DNA of 62,963 nucleotides, the filler included, from Reclinomonas americana ATCC 50394 (lineage: Eukaryota): the NCBI GenBank assembly GCA_048213135.1. It is 12 parts of 12 records of this genome, joined end to end, with 100 filler letters (N's around TTAATTAATTAA, not from the genome) between each part and the next. Parts side by side here need not be neighbours in the genome. Positions count along the whole stretch, not along the records: positions 6,283 to 14,369 come from AFZH01023531.1; positions 14,470 to 22,905 come from AFZH01023532.1; positions 23,006 to 28,726 come from AFZH01023533.1; 9 more parts are not named here. One strand, given 5' to 3'. The position numbers were made by a program, and so were the translations under genes. Shown here one piece after another: positions 11,634-23,723 of the stretch (position 1 is the first letter of the stretch; every line of letters starts with the position of its first letter). Under the pieces are notes generated by a model. The model was not told the DNA's origin. It ran no database searches and saw only the letters and a program-made list of their open reading frames with translations.

Positions 11634-13498
11634 ATGGCGTGGCCTGGTGGACAAGGACAGCCTCCTGCACAGCCCGGGCAGCCTCCTGCTGTTGCGTACA
11701 CTCGCTGCCTGCCTCCTTACATGCTCAGTCTGCTCATTACGCTCTTGGGGGCAGTTCGCGCAAGACGCGCAGGCCTTGGTCTGTGCATGCGCTTTGCTGC
11801 GCTTTGCTGCGCTGCTTGTTGTCTTGCACACTCACCTCTTCCTCCTCCTCTTTCTCAGGCCTACTACTATGCCATGTACGCTCCTCCACCACCAGTTGCA
11901 GCGCCACACTTTGCGCAGCCTGCTCCTCATCACATGCCACACTATGGGAGTCGCGGTGGTCGTGGTGGAGGGCGAGGTCGTGGACGAGGAGGAGGAGGAG
12001 GAGGAGAGGTGAGGCGACAGGCACCACGAATGCCACCTGCAGAGGGCGGCGACGCAGAGGAAGGCGATTTCTACTGTGATGCATGCGAGAGGGGCTTTGT
12101 GGCGGAGGAGCAGCTGACTCGGCATCGTGCGACGCACGTCAAGTGTGATGTGGCCGACTGTGCGTTTGAGGCGTCGGCGAAGGTGGTGAAGGAGCACTTT
12201 ATGAAGGTGCACTTGGTGCGGAGGGGAGGCGGGCCGGCTATTGGTGGTGGGCCTGCCACGATGGAGTCAGCCGAGGAGCTTGCCAAGTACCTGGAGGAGC
12301 GACGACGGCGCTTCCCCACTCGGGAGAATGTGGAGAAGAAGGCGGCGGAGTTGGAGGTGCAGCGGCAGCGTGGTGAGCTGGTGGAGGCGGATCGGCGGGG
12401 CGGAAGAGGAGGTCGTGGAGGCCGAGGACGGGGTGCGGTGCGTGGCGGCAGTACACGCGGCGGCTTTGGTGGTGCCTCCTCGGCGTCGGCCGCAGCTCCT
12501 GACGCATCTGCTGTTGACACGACGACGACGACGACCACCACCGCCACAACTGATGGCGCTCCAGTCATCGCGTCCGAGGACGACGTGGCGGCTGTGGTGG
12601 CTGCATGTTGCGTCTGCATTCTCTGCCGTGTCTGTTGCGCTGTACTGAGTATGTGCGTCTGCGTTTCAGTGGCTGCCGATGTGGGGGCAGACGCAGAGCA
12701 GCTGCTGGCGACAGCACTGGCGGCCGCTCCCGCACTGCTCAAGAGTGTTGGGGGAGACGAAGTAGAGGATGAAGAGGACGAGGAGGAGGGTGCTGCCGGG
12801 TCGCGCAAGAGAGCACACAATGGCGACGACGGCGACGAAGATGACGAAGAGGAGGAAGAGGACGATGTGGATGATAGTTGCGTGTGCTTGTTGCCGCAGC
12901 CGTATACTGACGCGGAGCCTCACCTGTCTGTACGCTGCAGATGATGCACCGCTGGAGGAGTCGACGAGAGGTCCACCAGAAGAGGCAGTGGCCATGACAG
13001 TGGACGAGGGCGGTACGATTCGAGTGACTTGCGTGCTCGTCGTTGACTGTCACTGATTGTGTGATTCCGAGCAGGTGACGCCGAGTCGTCTGCCGCCGCT
13101 GTGGAAGCGTCGGCAGCGGCACCACCGTCGCTCGACGAAGGGAGGAAACGCAGACCATGTCGCTACTTTGCGCAGGGCCACTGCCGGGCTGGTGACAAGT
13201 GCCGCTTCGCGCACGTGCAGGGCGCCGAGCAGCCTGGACCCGTGAAGAGGCAGAAACGACAAGCCAAGACTGCAGCAGCGGCGGCAGCTGCTGCCAGTGC
13301 CGCACAGACCATCCGACGCGGACCCACCCTCCTGGAAAAGGTTGCGTTCCCGGTCCTCCCAGCCAGCTCATTCGGTGGTCTCTCACATGTGAAGCGCTGC
13401 TGCAGCTGTTGGCCCGCGAGATTCGCAACGAGCATAGCGCCTTGCTGCAATGCATAAGATACGTTGTGCAACACAACATGCTCCAGCCCTCCTCGTAG
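11634..13498 (+). CDS. NUFIP1: NUFIP1/Rsa1-like snoRNP assembly factor with C2H2 and CCCH zinc fingers
   Basis: CDACERGF...[13 protein letters not shown]...[70 protein letters not shown] tracts. Confidence 0.85.
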
Positions 13499-13570
13499 AG
13501 TCAGATGTCGGCGAAGTGAACGCGCAGTTGTCTGTCCCAGTCCCAGTCCTCTTCACACTCGACATCGACA

Positions 13571-14365
13571 ATGGGCAAGCGAAAGAGTCGCAAGAAGCCT
13601 GTGGCAGTCAAGAAGATCGCCAAGATCGGCGCCATCTTCGACTGCCCCGAGTGCAACCACAACCAGTGTGTGGAGTGCAACATGTTGCGCAAGTCTCTCC
13701 TTCCTCTCTCCACATGGACGCACAGCTCACTGCACACACGCACACACAGTGATCGCAAGTTGAACATGGCTGACATTAGCTGCCGCGTGTGTAAGGCCTA
13801 CTTTTCGCACACCAAGCTGAACGGTGTGTGCATTGAGATTGACTGACACACAAAAGAGAGACAGGAGCGCGCGCTCATTATCTTTGCAGACTTGGAGGAG
13901 CCCATTGACGTGTACTATGCATGGCGCGACAGTCTTGCTGCGGCCACCGACGGCTCAAGTGCACCCGAGGGAGTGACACTGGCCGGCGCAGGCGGGCGCG
14001 ATCTGCGTGCTGGCGATGTGTCAGAGGAGGACGAGTCAGAGGAGGAGGATGCACGCGAGGATGATGGTGGGAGCGTGCATGTGTGTGTCGTGTGCGTGCA
14101 ACAACTCCTCACTCTCTCTGTTGGGGTGGTGCAGGTCGTGCAGCGCATCGGCAGCCGGCCAAGGCCAACAAGTATCGCGCGAAACGGGAACAATCGGGGA
14201 GCAAGGCCTCGGCGGCTGCAGCAGCGGCCGCGGCCGCCTCATCGGGCGAGGTAATGCCGCGGTGGCTTCGAGTGTGCTATTGCGTGTTTGTTGACATGCG
14301 TGTTCGTGCAGGAGGACGAAGACGAGGAGGAGGAGGAGGATTACGAGGACGAGAGCGACGACTGA
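13571..14365 (+). CDS. ELOF1: Transcription elongation factor Elf1/ELOF1 with acidic C-terminal extension
   Basis: MGKRKSRKKP...FDCPECNH...CRVC...LEEPIDVYYAW; acidic tail ending DYEDESDD* at 14363-14365. Confidence 0.9.
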
Positions 14366-14470
14366 AGACNNNNNNNNNNNNNNNNNNNNNNNNNNNNNNN
14401 NNNNNNNNNNNNNTTAATTAATTAANNNNNNNNNNNNNNNNNNNNNNNNNNNNNNNNNNNNNNNNNNNNA

Positions 14471-16403
14471 CTACTGCGCAGCCTGCGGAGCTGGCGGCTC
14501 CTCTTCCTCGACGGGTGGTGGTGGCGGTGGTGGCACACGGCGTGACGGCCCGGCGCTGCCGCTGCGCACCTTTCGCAGCACGTGATCGAGGCGCTCCACA
14601 AACAAGTCCAACTCGTGCTCGGTGGTGCCAATCGCGCAGGCTGCCGTAACGTATGTGCGTTCGTACGAATCCGAGTGCATGCCGTAGCAGCGGAACTCGG
14701 TGCCGCTGATTTTCTTGGCGGGACTCGGTGCATTGACACTGTGGAGGAGGAGAAAGGAATAGGGGGTGAGCCGTGTGCGTGCACTCTGATGGAGATGCAT
14801 GTGCGCGAACCGAGTGCCAGAGACCGCCTTGTAGTACAGATGGGAGCCGATCATCAGCGGCTTGTCGACGTTGGACAGTGTCACACCTGTGTGGCGAGGA
14901 GAACTACAAGTCAGACGCTGATCACAGACTGGGCCACGCGGCAAGAGATGCGCACCGAGCGAGATGGTGTTGTGTGGCGTCTCTAGTACGCGCTCGCCAT
15001 GTTCGGCGGCCAACGCCATCAGCTTGTCGCGCAGCTTCTCAAACAGGACCTGGTATAGAGCAAGGAGGATGAGCCATCGAAAGAACGGCGGATGCAGAGA
15101 GTGCAAGCGAGCACCTCGCGATCATGCAGGAGCTGCTCCAGGCCACGCACACCCATGGACAGCAGCGTAATGAATAGGTCGACCACTGGCGCCGCACTGG
15201 CCCGCCCTGTTGCTCACTCGCGAGTGAGAACAACGTAGAAATGGCCTGTGCGTCTTTGTTTTGAAGTCACCTGGGTACAACTGACTGACGGCCTGCACCA
15301 AGGAGGCGTCGGGCGAGGTAACAATGGCGCCGCCGACCGGCACCATGAAATTCTTGTCCGTGCTCTGCACCACCGCGTCCACACGGCCGACACGACACGC
15401 CCGATTGAGCTTCTTCATGGAGGACGCGCATTGCACGCCAAAGGCATTGTTGACGACGTGCGGCACATCCAGTTCAGCGCACAGCCGCGCCACCTTGACG
15501 ATGCGATCCGGACACCGCGGCACAAACACCGAGTTGGTGGTGAAGATGCACAACACACGCTCCGGCCCACCAGCCTCCTCGATCGCACGCCGAATGCCAT
15601 CGACATCCGTCCGCACCTCGTCGCCCTCGATCCGATTCTCGACGACCACCGGCGTCAACCCGGCCGCCACCATGCACTTGAAGCAGGTCTTCTGGTCCAC
15701 TCGCGGCCACACAATGTGCGTGGCCGTCGGCCGTCGCGCACGCAGCGCCAGAAACACCAGCGTCAGCGTCATGCCCGTGGCACACGGCACCACCAGCGCC
15801 GACTTCACAAACAAGCGATCGGCTGTTGCCGACAAACACGTGAGAGACACGTCGCACAAGGAACAAGCTGGCACCCAACGCACCACCACAGATGCGCAGC
15901 GCATGTTCCGCCAGTCGCGATGTCAACGCCTGAATCAACGACGATCCCGCGGCCTTGGGCTGATCTGCACTCAGCTCGCCCGAGCGCCCAACTCCATGCG
16001 CCATCCCAAAGTGCCTCCGTCGCACCAACGAGCTATACACACGTGCCTCGCGCTCGCCCACACCCACCGTCTCTGCACCCACGCCCATCACTCAGCAAGC
16101 GGGCGGGTGCAGTAACAGCGTCTGTGAGAGAGACAAACCGAGTCCATTGTTGGCATCCAACATGGCAATCTCCTCCATCAGCAGCTGCACTGTGGCCTCG
16201 TCCCATCCCTCAGTCGGCATGCATCGCTGCGAGAGCAGAGTCTTGGCCAGTCGTTGGCGATTGCGAAGACTCTGTGATGCCTGTGTGTGCGTGTGTGAGC
16301 AAAAGGCAGTGAGGATGCGCATGGGAGGGAGACAGCACACCTGTTCCACATAGTTGCGAGAGACAAGACCACCGGCGAGCTCAAGGAACTCTGGCGTGAT
16401 CAT
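14471..16403 (-). CDS. SEPSECS: O-phosphoseryl-tRNA(Sec) selenium transferase (SepSecS)
   Basis: VGVGEREARV, HGVGRSGELSADQPKAAGSS, VPCATGMTL, WPRVDQKTCFK, PHVVNNAFGVQ, VQSTDKNFMVPVGG (PLP lysine), TPHNTISL, YVTAACAIG. Confidence 0.96.
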
Positions 16404-16477
16404 TGAGTGCTGTGTTTTTCCGACTCAGTCAGTCAGTCAGTCAGTCGCGCGTTGTATTGTCTCAGTGTCTCAGTCTC

Positions 16478-19400
16478 ATGCGCGCTCCTCAGCTCCTCTT
16501 GCTGTTTGTGTGCCTCATCGCTGTTGCTGCTGCGGTCGTGTCAGCAGTCGTCGTCGACAACAACAATGAGGATGACAGTGTTGGCGCCACTCGCACATTC
16601 ACCATTGTCGGCAACTCGTTCTACAAGGATGGCCAGCCTGTGCGTGTAACAACATCAAAGAGAGAAGAGAGAGAGACACACGCGTTCTCACTGTGTCTCT
16701 CTCTGTTCATGTGCAGTTCCGCTTGATTGCAGGCTCCTTTCATTACTGCTGCGTCCGTCTTCGTTGTTGTCTTCTGTGCTTGTCTGCTGCTCACAAGGAA
16801 GAGCAGTCCGGTGCCCGCCTGAGCTGTGGCTTGATCGTCTGCAAAAGATGAAGGCCGCTGGACTCAACGCGGTTCGTGAGACACGACAACGAACGATGAA
16901 TTGCTGCTGGTCTGTTATTTTTACGTCTTTTCTGTGCAGGTGCAAACGTATGTCGCGTGGAATGTGGTACGTGGATGCAACAAGCTTTTCTACAACGGTG
17001 CGTCTCCCTCACTGCATCCTCCGTGCAGCATCAACCGACGTCGGCCATGTTTGACTTTTCTGGACCGGCTGACATTGGGCACTTTATGTCGCTGGCCTCG
17101 GTGTGTGTGTCGTCGCGCCTCCACATTAGTCGGTGCAGCCACTCATTCTTCACCATCAGCAAGCCGGCTTGCTGGTGATTCTCCGTCCGGGCCCGTACAT
17201 TTGCGCCGAGTGGGACTTTGGCGGTCTGCCATGGTGGCTGCTCAAGGACACACCCGACATTCATCTGCGCTCCAGTGATCCGCGCTTCCTCAAGGTGCGC
17301 TTGGCGCCAACTGCAGCTCCCTCCGTGTGTGTACACTCATCGCGTGTGTCCATCAGCCCGTCGACACGTGGTTTGCCCAGTTGTTCTCGCGGCTGTCGCC
17401 GTATGCGTATCAGCGTGGCGGAGCGATTGTCATGTGGTGCGTCATCATGCTCGACTCTCGCGCCCCTCGCAGGTGTTCACACGCATCGGTGTGACAGGCA
17501 AGTGGAGAACGAGTACGGCTTTTATGGGCGAGACAAGGCGTACCTCGAGTTCATTCGCGACACGTATCGCCAGTACCTGCCCAGCGATGCCATTCTGTAC
17601 TCCACCGACACGTACGGCGACTCGGTTCGTCTCCCACGTCCGTTGTGCGCGCATCGCCCACTCCACACTCACTGGGCCTTGCACGTGCACAGGAACTCGC
17701 CGCAACTCACATTGACGGAGTGTACCAAGTTGCGTTCGTTTCGGCGCCGTCGAGTGGGTAACGCTGGCGGCTAATATCACTTTTCGCCCTTGTGCGTGCG
17801 CAGACAGTGGACTTTGGCACGAACGTTGACCCGGCGGTGGCATTCAGCCATCAGCGCAAGTTTGAGCCGCAAGGCCCGCTGATGAATTCCGAGTTTTACA
17901 CTGGCTGGTCAGTTGACTGGTCGTAGTTGCTCATGCTTTGTTCGTGGACACTCATCGCTGTGCACGTCGCAGGCTGACGCACTATGGAGAGCAGGTGTGT
18001 GCATGTTCTTGTTGAGTGCGCAGCGTGTCGCTGCCGGCGACTCATGTATTATTGTTTGTTGTTGTTGCTGCAGTGGGCACATGTTGACACCGACAAGGTG
18101 GTCAGTGGACTCGATGGCATCCTGGCTCTCAACGGTGCGTGAGAGTGACTCTCGATCCCGTGCAGGCGAACGCAAAACTGACTTGTGCGTCGCAGCGAGT
18201 GTCAATCACTACATGTTCTTTGGCGGTCTGTGTCTCGCCGAGCGCTTCTCGTAGCCACAGCTGGCTCTCATTGTTTGATTGCAGGCACTAACTTTGGCTG
18301 GTGGAACGGCGCCAACACGGGCGGTGGTAACGAGGACCCGACAAACCTGCAGGTGAGTGTGTGTGTTGTATTTCTTCCCCCACGCCCCAACGACTCACTC
18401 TCGCCGTCTTCACACAGCCGGTGGTCACCTCGTACGGTACAGTCTTTCGTCTCGCAAAGTGAGTGTGCTCCACTGTGCTGCTGACCGCATGCACCATGCA
18501 GATTACGACGCTCCTCTCGATGAGATGGGCAACCCGTCGGACAAGTACGTCGCCATCCGCAAGCTGCTCTCTGAAAAGTACCAGCAACCCGTCGGACCCA
18601 TCCCCACTCCTGCCCCGGTCGGCCACTATGGCACGGTGAAATTCACGCAAATGGCGGCTCTGTGGGACGCGCTGCCGGCGTTCAGTTCGATCAAGTCGGG
18701 CACTGTTGCGCGCTGGCACTGAGCGTCGCCGAGAAGGCGCAGAGTCCTCACTGTCGCCCATTTTCGCAGACCATGACCATGGAGCAAGCTGGGCAAGGCT
18801 ACGGCTTCATCCTGTACCGCAGCACCATCCCGAGCAGCGGTCGTCTGTGGATCGACGAGTGTCGCGATCGGTGCCAGGTGTGCATGTACGGTCGACTGAC
18901 GCTGTGCAACTGTCTCTCACTTCTGCACTTCTGCAGACCTTTGTCGACACCGTTCCCGGACCGATTGTCACACGCAACGACAACGCGACCTCTGCCGTGA
19001 ACTTGGTACGCTCGCCAGAGGAGAGATTTGTAAAGGAGACTAATTTCTAATTCGCTCTTCCGCAGAATGTGACGCCGGGCCACACGTCGGCGGTGCTGGA
19101 TGTACTTGTCGAGAACATGGGTCGGTGAGTGAGTGCCATGATTGTGAAGGAGACACGGAATTGCACGCCGTTGCTGACGATTTGCGGCAGTGTCAACTTT
19201 GGTCCGTGGATGAACGACCCCAAGGGAATCACTCAAGGTCTCAACTTCAACGGGCAGTTCCTCAGCGACATCACCATTGTGCCGATGCCCATCACGGCCG
19301 ATCAACTCTCCAAGATCCCGTTCTCGCCCGCCACCGGCCCCCTCAATGTTCCCGCATTCTACAAGGGCACGTTCACCGTGTCGGGTACTCCGCTGGTGAG

Positions 19401-19751
19401 TGGAGCGCCCTTCCCCTTCCCTTCCCATTCCCCCACCCCTCGCTCACACTTGCACAGGATGCGTTCCTGGTCATGATTCCCGGCTGGGAAAAGGGCTCTG
19501 TGTTTGTCAACGGTTTCAACTTGGGTCGCTACTGGAAGGCAAGTGCACGCATCGCGAGAGAGAGAGAGAACAGCGAGAAGAAGAAGGAGAAAATGCCTCT
19601 CATGGGAATATCTAAACTGTGCTATGTGCCTGCACAGGTCGGTCCGCAGACCAAGTTGTACGTGCCGCGTACGTTGCTGCGCACCGGTTCCAACGACGTC
19701 ATTGTGTTCGAGACGGAGCAACCGGCGCTGCTGCAGGCGTCGTTTGTCTGA
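16478..19751 (+). CDS. Secreted/lysosomal beta-galactosidase, glycoside hydrolase family 35, about 20 introns
   Basis: Signal peptide; [102 protein letters not shown]. Exact 3' end is uncertain. Confidence 0.93.
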
Positions 19752-19832
19752 ACAGAGACGAAAAGAGAAAACTCTCAAAAAAGCGTAGTATACATCATGC
19801 GCCCTGCTGCTCTCTTGCACCACAATAGTCTC

Positions 19833-22259
19833 TCACACGGCGCCAACGACCGCCATGGCGGTAACCCCGTTGGCTGCCGGTGCATTGATCTCAGTGGCAT
19901 CAGTGGTTGCTGACGGCTCTTCTGGCATCGTCGTGGCGGCTGCTGCTGCGGCTGCTGCGGCTCTTGCTGCCGCACCAGCCTTCTTTGTCTTCCTGCGCAC
20001 GACCTTGTACGCAAAGGTCCACTGCGCGTTCTGGCGCGCAAGTCCCACCGCCAGGCTCACTCCGTCGCGCACCAACAACTTCTCTCGGTCCTGCGTTGGG
20101 GGAGAAGAGCAGTGAGGTTCCTGGATTGCATCGCTTCGCCATGGTCATCCAGGGGTTGCACGCTCACCTCACATGCAGGCTCGTGCTTCTCGTCGTACAC
20201 AAACACGGCCATCTGGTGGTGGAAGCGCACAGCGTGGCGAGTGTCCTTCATCAGTGCCCCTGCGGCAGTCTCAATGACCGATGTGCTGGCCGATCGCGAG
20301 AGTGCCGGACGACGCGGTGACGGGTTGGTGGCCGCAGTCGCAGCACGTGGCGACACGCGCGGTGAGATTTGCACTGTCGTGGCCGACGACGGTGGCATGC
20401 CCGACGCGATCTCGGTTGGCGACAAGTCGATCGTACCGTCCGACGAGTGTCGCAGCCCGATGCGGTTCAGCAACGCGCGGCTGCCACCTGCAACGTTACG
20501 CATGTGGTGTGTGAGGAGAGCGGCACAAACAACGAGTGAGCAGCGGCACTCAGGCGGTGCAGACGCACCTCGGCGGAGCTTGGACTTGCGTGTCATGAGG
20601 GGCGCAGCGACGGCGGTCATGCGAAGCGCCGAGCGTGGTGACGGCTCCTCGCTGGCCTCCGTCGCGGTCAGAGCGACCGGAGTTGTGAGCGGGGCGGGAT
20701 CGGCAGAGCTCGACAGCGACGGCGAGCTCTTGGACGAGGCGCTGGCGCTGCGACGATGTGCGGTGCGTCCCCGTTGATTAGCCGTCGCAGAACTCGGTGC
20801 AACGCGTGGTGAGAGACCGCGTCCCACCACCGTGTACTGGTTCTCGTCGGTGGTTTCCTTGTCGTCACGCGCTCGCTTCTCGACCAGACGAACCCGAGGT
20901 GCCAGTGGTTCGCTTATCTTTGGTGCTGTGACGAGAGAGAGACGGTGAGACTCGTGTGACGAGAGAAGGCTACTCGTTGCACCAGTGCACGCACCACCGG
21001 CAAGGCGATTATTGGTAGTTGGCATGATGGTGTTGTGGTTGATGTCGCCCACTGGTGAAATCTCCATCTCCGTGACCTGCGAAATCGGCGCACTCTCCTC
21101 GATCACCTTCATCGCCGGAGCGGTTTCCGGCGACGGCGAACGAGAGCGGCGTGCCAGCAAGCCGGCTTCGTCCACCATGCGCGCCAGCGCAGCGCCGAGA
21201 CCAGCCAAACTCTGCGCCGGCTCCTCGTCGTCGTCCGACAGCACTTCTCGATCGCCGACCTCACTCTCCGTGCTCGTCGACAGCATGGCTCGAGTTGGCG
21301 ACGCGCCACCAGGGCGCACATTCTCCTTGTCGATCGACACGTCCCCGTCTGCGCCGGTGTGCGCCGCATCGCTCGAGGCCAGGTTCCACACCACCGGCTG
21401 GGTGTTGTGGTGGGTTCGCGGAGGCAGCTTCACTGGCGACGGCGAGTAGGCCGTGGGATCGGTCGACTTGATGCTGCTCACTGTGCGAATGCCACAGCCG
21501 CTGCCGCTGCTGACGCCACCAAAGCCAGCAGAGAGGCCGCCAAACTGGTCGGCATCGGTCTGCAGACTGTTGCTGTTGTCGGCGCTGGTGATCACTCGGC
21601 GGAACGGTGCACGACGACCGACGCCACTCGTGAGTGCACGCGAGCCCGACAGACGTCGCTGGAACAAGGTCGGTGCACTGTTGACGCCACCACCCGTGTT
21701 GTTTGCCGTGGGGACGGGATGCCTGTCGATTGCAACTGTCGGAAAAAGGCACTCAGGCAACACACTCTCTCTGCAACCACGTACCGATCGCTGCTGGGTG
21801 CACGCTTAAAGTAGCCGAGTGGAACGCGGCGCGGTGATGCATCAAACGACTGCTGTGCACGGAGTGGTGAGAGTCAGGTGCGCGAAAACGACCTTTGTGT
21901 GTGTGCAACTGCCTACCTCGGTGTCAATGAAGAGCGCAGGCTCGCCGAGCACGGCCGCCACATCGGCCATCAGTTCGGGGCTGAGGTCTGACTCGTCACC
22001 CGTGCCAGCATCGTGTGCGGTGGTGGTGGAGGAGGACGTCTTCTGGGGAGAAAAGAAAGGCATGAGCGATGGAGGAGGAGACGGAGAAGAAGGACAACTG
22101 GCGCAACACACGCACCACAAACGGTGCTGCAGCTCCGCGCTGAGAGACGAGAGAGCGGCGGCGCATGCTGGCCACGGCAGCCGCCGGTTGTCGCATGGCA
22201 GCGACAGGAACCACCGTGTTGGACTCCAACACCGATGGCTTGCTTCGACGAGCGCCCAT
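19833..22259 (-). CDS. Large, mostly disordered Ser/Thr/Pro-rich protein of unknown function; predicted N-myristoylation
   Basis: Start MGARRSK at 22259; long exon about 20500-21760; C-terminal segment RHAVRFHHQMAVFVYDE...LVRDGVSLAVGLARQNAQWTFAYKVVRRK. No family recognised. Confidence 0.55.
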
Positions 22260-23723
22260 GAGATTGTTGTGCAGTTGTTGTCAAAAGCTGTGTTCTGTGT
22301 AGAGAGTGAGTGAGTGATAGAAAGGGGTGAATGTGAGAGGAACGGAGTGCGGTGGCACTCACCGGCGACTGGCGAGTGCCCCCGTCTCTTTTCTCTCTCT
22401 TCTTCTCTCCTCCGACTGTTTGGAAAATGTGTGAATGCGAGCGCAACGGGAGAACCGTCGGCGTGTGATGTGTGTGCAGTATGTGTGGTGGTGGTGTGGG
22501 TGGGTGGGCACGGAAGAGTGCTGTGCGTGCGTGGAGTTTGTGCGTCGGTTGATTTTTCCTCTCGCCTAATCAATGAAAATCTTCTAGACAAGCCAATTGT
22601 CCGCGAAGAAGACAACTGTGTTTTGGCATGAGCACGGCCGTGCGGCGCGAGACCAGTGAATCAGTAGTGTGCATGTGCTTGGTGCATTGTTTCTCACTGT
22701 GCGGCCCCCGATCAGTGGCTGCCACAGTTTTGAAATCACTGCTGCGACAAAAACAACATGTACAGCAACAAGAACTGCACCCAAGCCACCGCCGATATGA
22801 GCCTCACCAACAACACGACAAGCTCTATTCTGTTTCAACCACGCCACCAACTACGACACCACCACTGCTTTGCTTTGCTTGCTTCTCGGATCCGGACCCA
22901 GCTTTNNNNNNNNNNNNNNNNNNNNNNNNNNNNNNNNNNNNNNNNNNNNTTAATTAATTAANNNNNNNNNNNNNNNNNNNNNNNNNNNNNNNNNNNNNNN
23001 NNNNNAGTCGTACACGTGAGAGAGAGAGAGAGAGAGAGGGAGAGGAGAGGGAAGGAGTGTGTGCGTGTGTCTCTCCTTTTCCTCCTGCTTCTCTTATCGT
23101 TGTCGTTGCGTGTGTGTGCGTGTGTGTGTGCGCGTGTGTGTGTGCGTGTGTGTGTGGATTCTTCTGCTCTCACTTGATTCCTCTGTCGACGGCGACGTTC
23201 ATGTGGGACGTGTGCCACCTTGACTTTGACCACAGTACACACATAGCAGCAGTGTACGTGCATGCCACGATGACCTCCAAGTCGATGGGGCTTTGCAGCA
23301 AAGCTCGGAGGGCTGCGGAGGAGATCGAATTCGAAGTGAACGTCGACGTCGCGATCGACTGCAGCAATGTCTTTCGAGAGCTCGAGATGCACGCTACCCA
23401 CCTGTTGGCAAGCGACAGCACGGAAGTCTCACACTGGAGGCTTGTGGCCAGCACGCACAGCAGAGAAGCAACTGCAAGCATGAAACCGAACTTCGAAGCT
23501 TCGAACCACTTGCGACACGGCTGCTGCTTCTTTTTGTTCCTCTAGCAGCCTCTCCTTCTCCTCCACGAGTCGCACTCAATACAGAACCTCTCAGTGTGAC
23601 CACTTGGCACGAAGTTAGTCGACGGAAAAGGCAAGAACAAGCCCAATAAACACGCATCTTATCACTCTCCAACGCGCACAGAGAGCACCTTTCTCTTTCT
23701 CTCTTTTGTGTAAAAAAACAACA

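Noticed and set aside
19749..19751. TGA at the end of the beta-galactosidase as possible selenocysteine
   Set aside because: No Cys-homologous position or visible SECIS; an ordinary stop or an unresolved last intron is more likely.
23057..23545. ORFs on both strands upstream of the DMT gene
   Set aside because: No family signature or convincing splice structure; palindrome-rich intergenic character.
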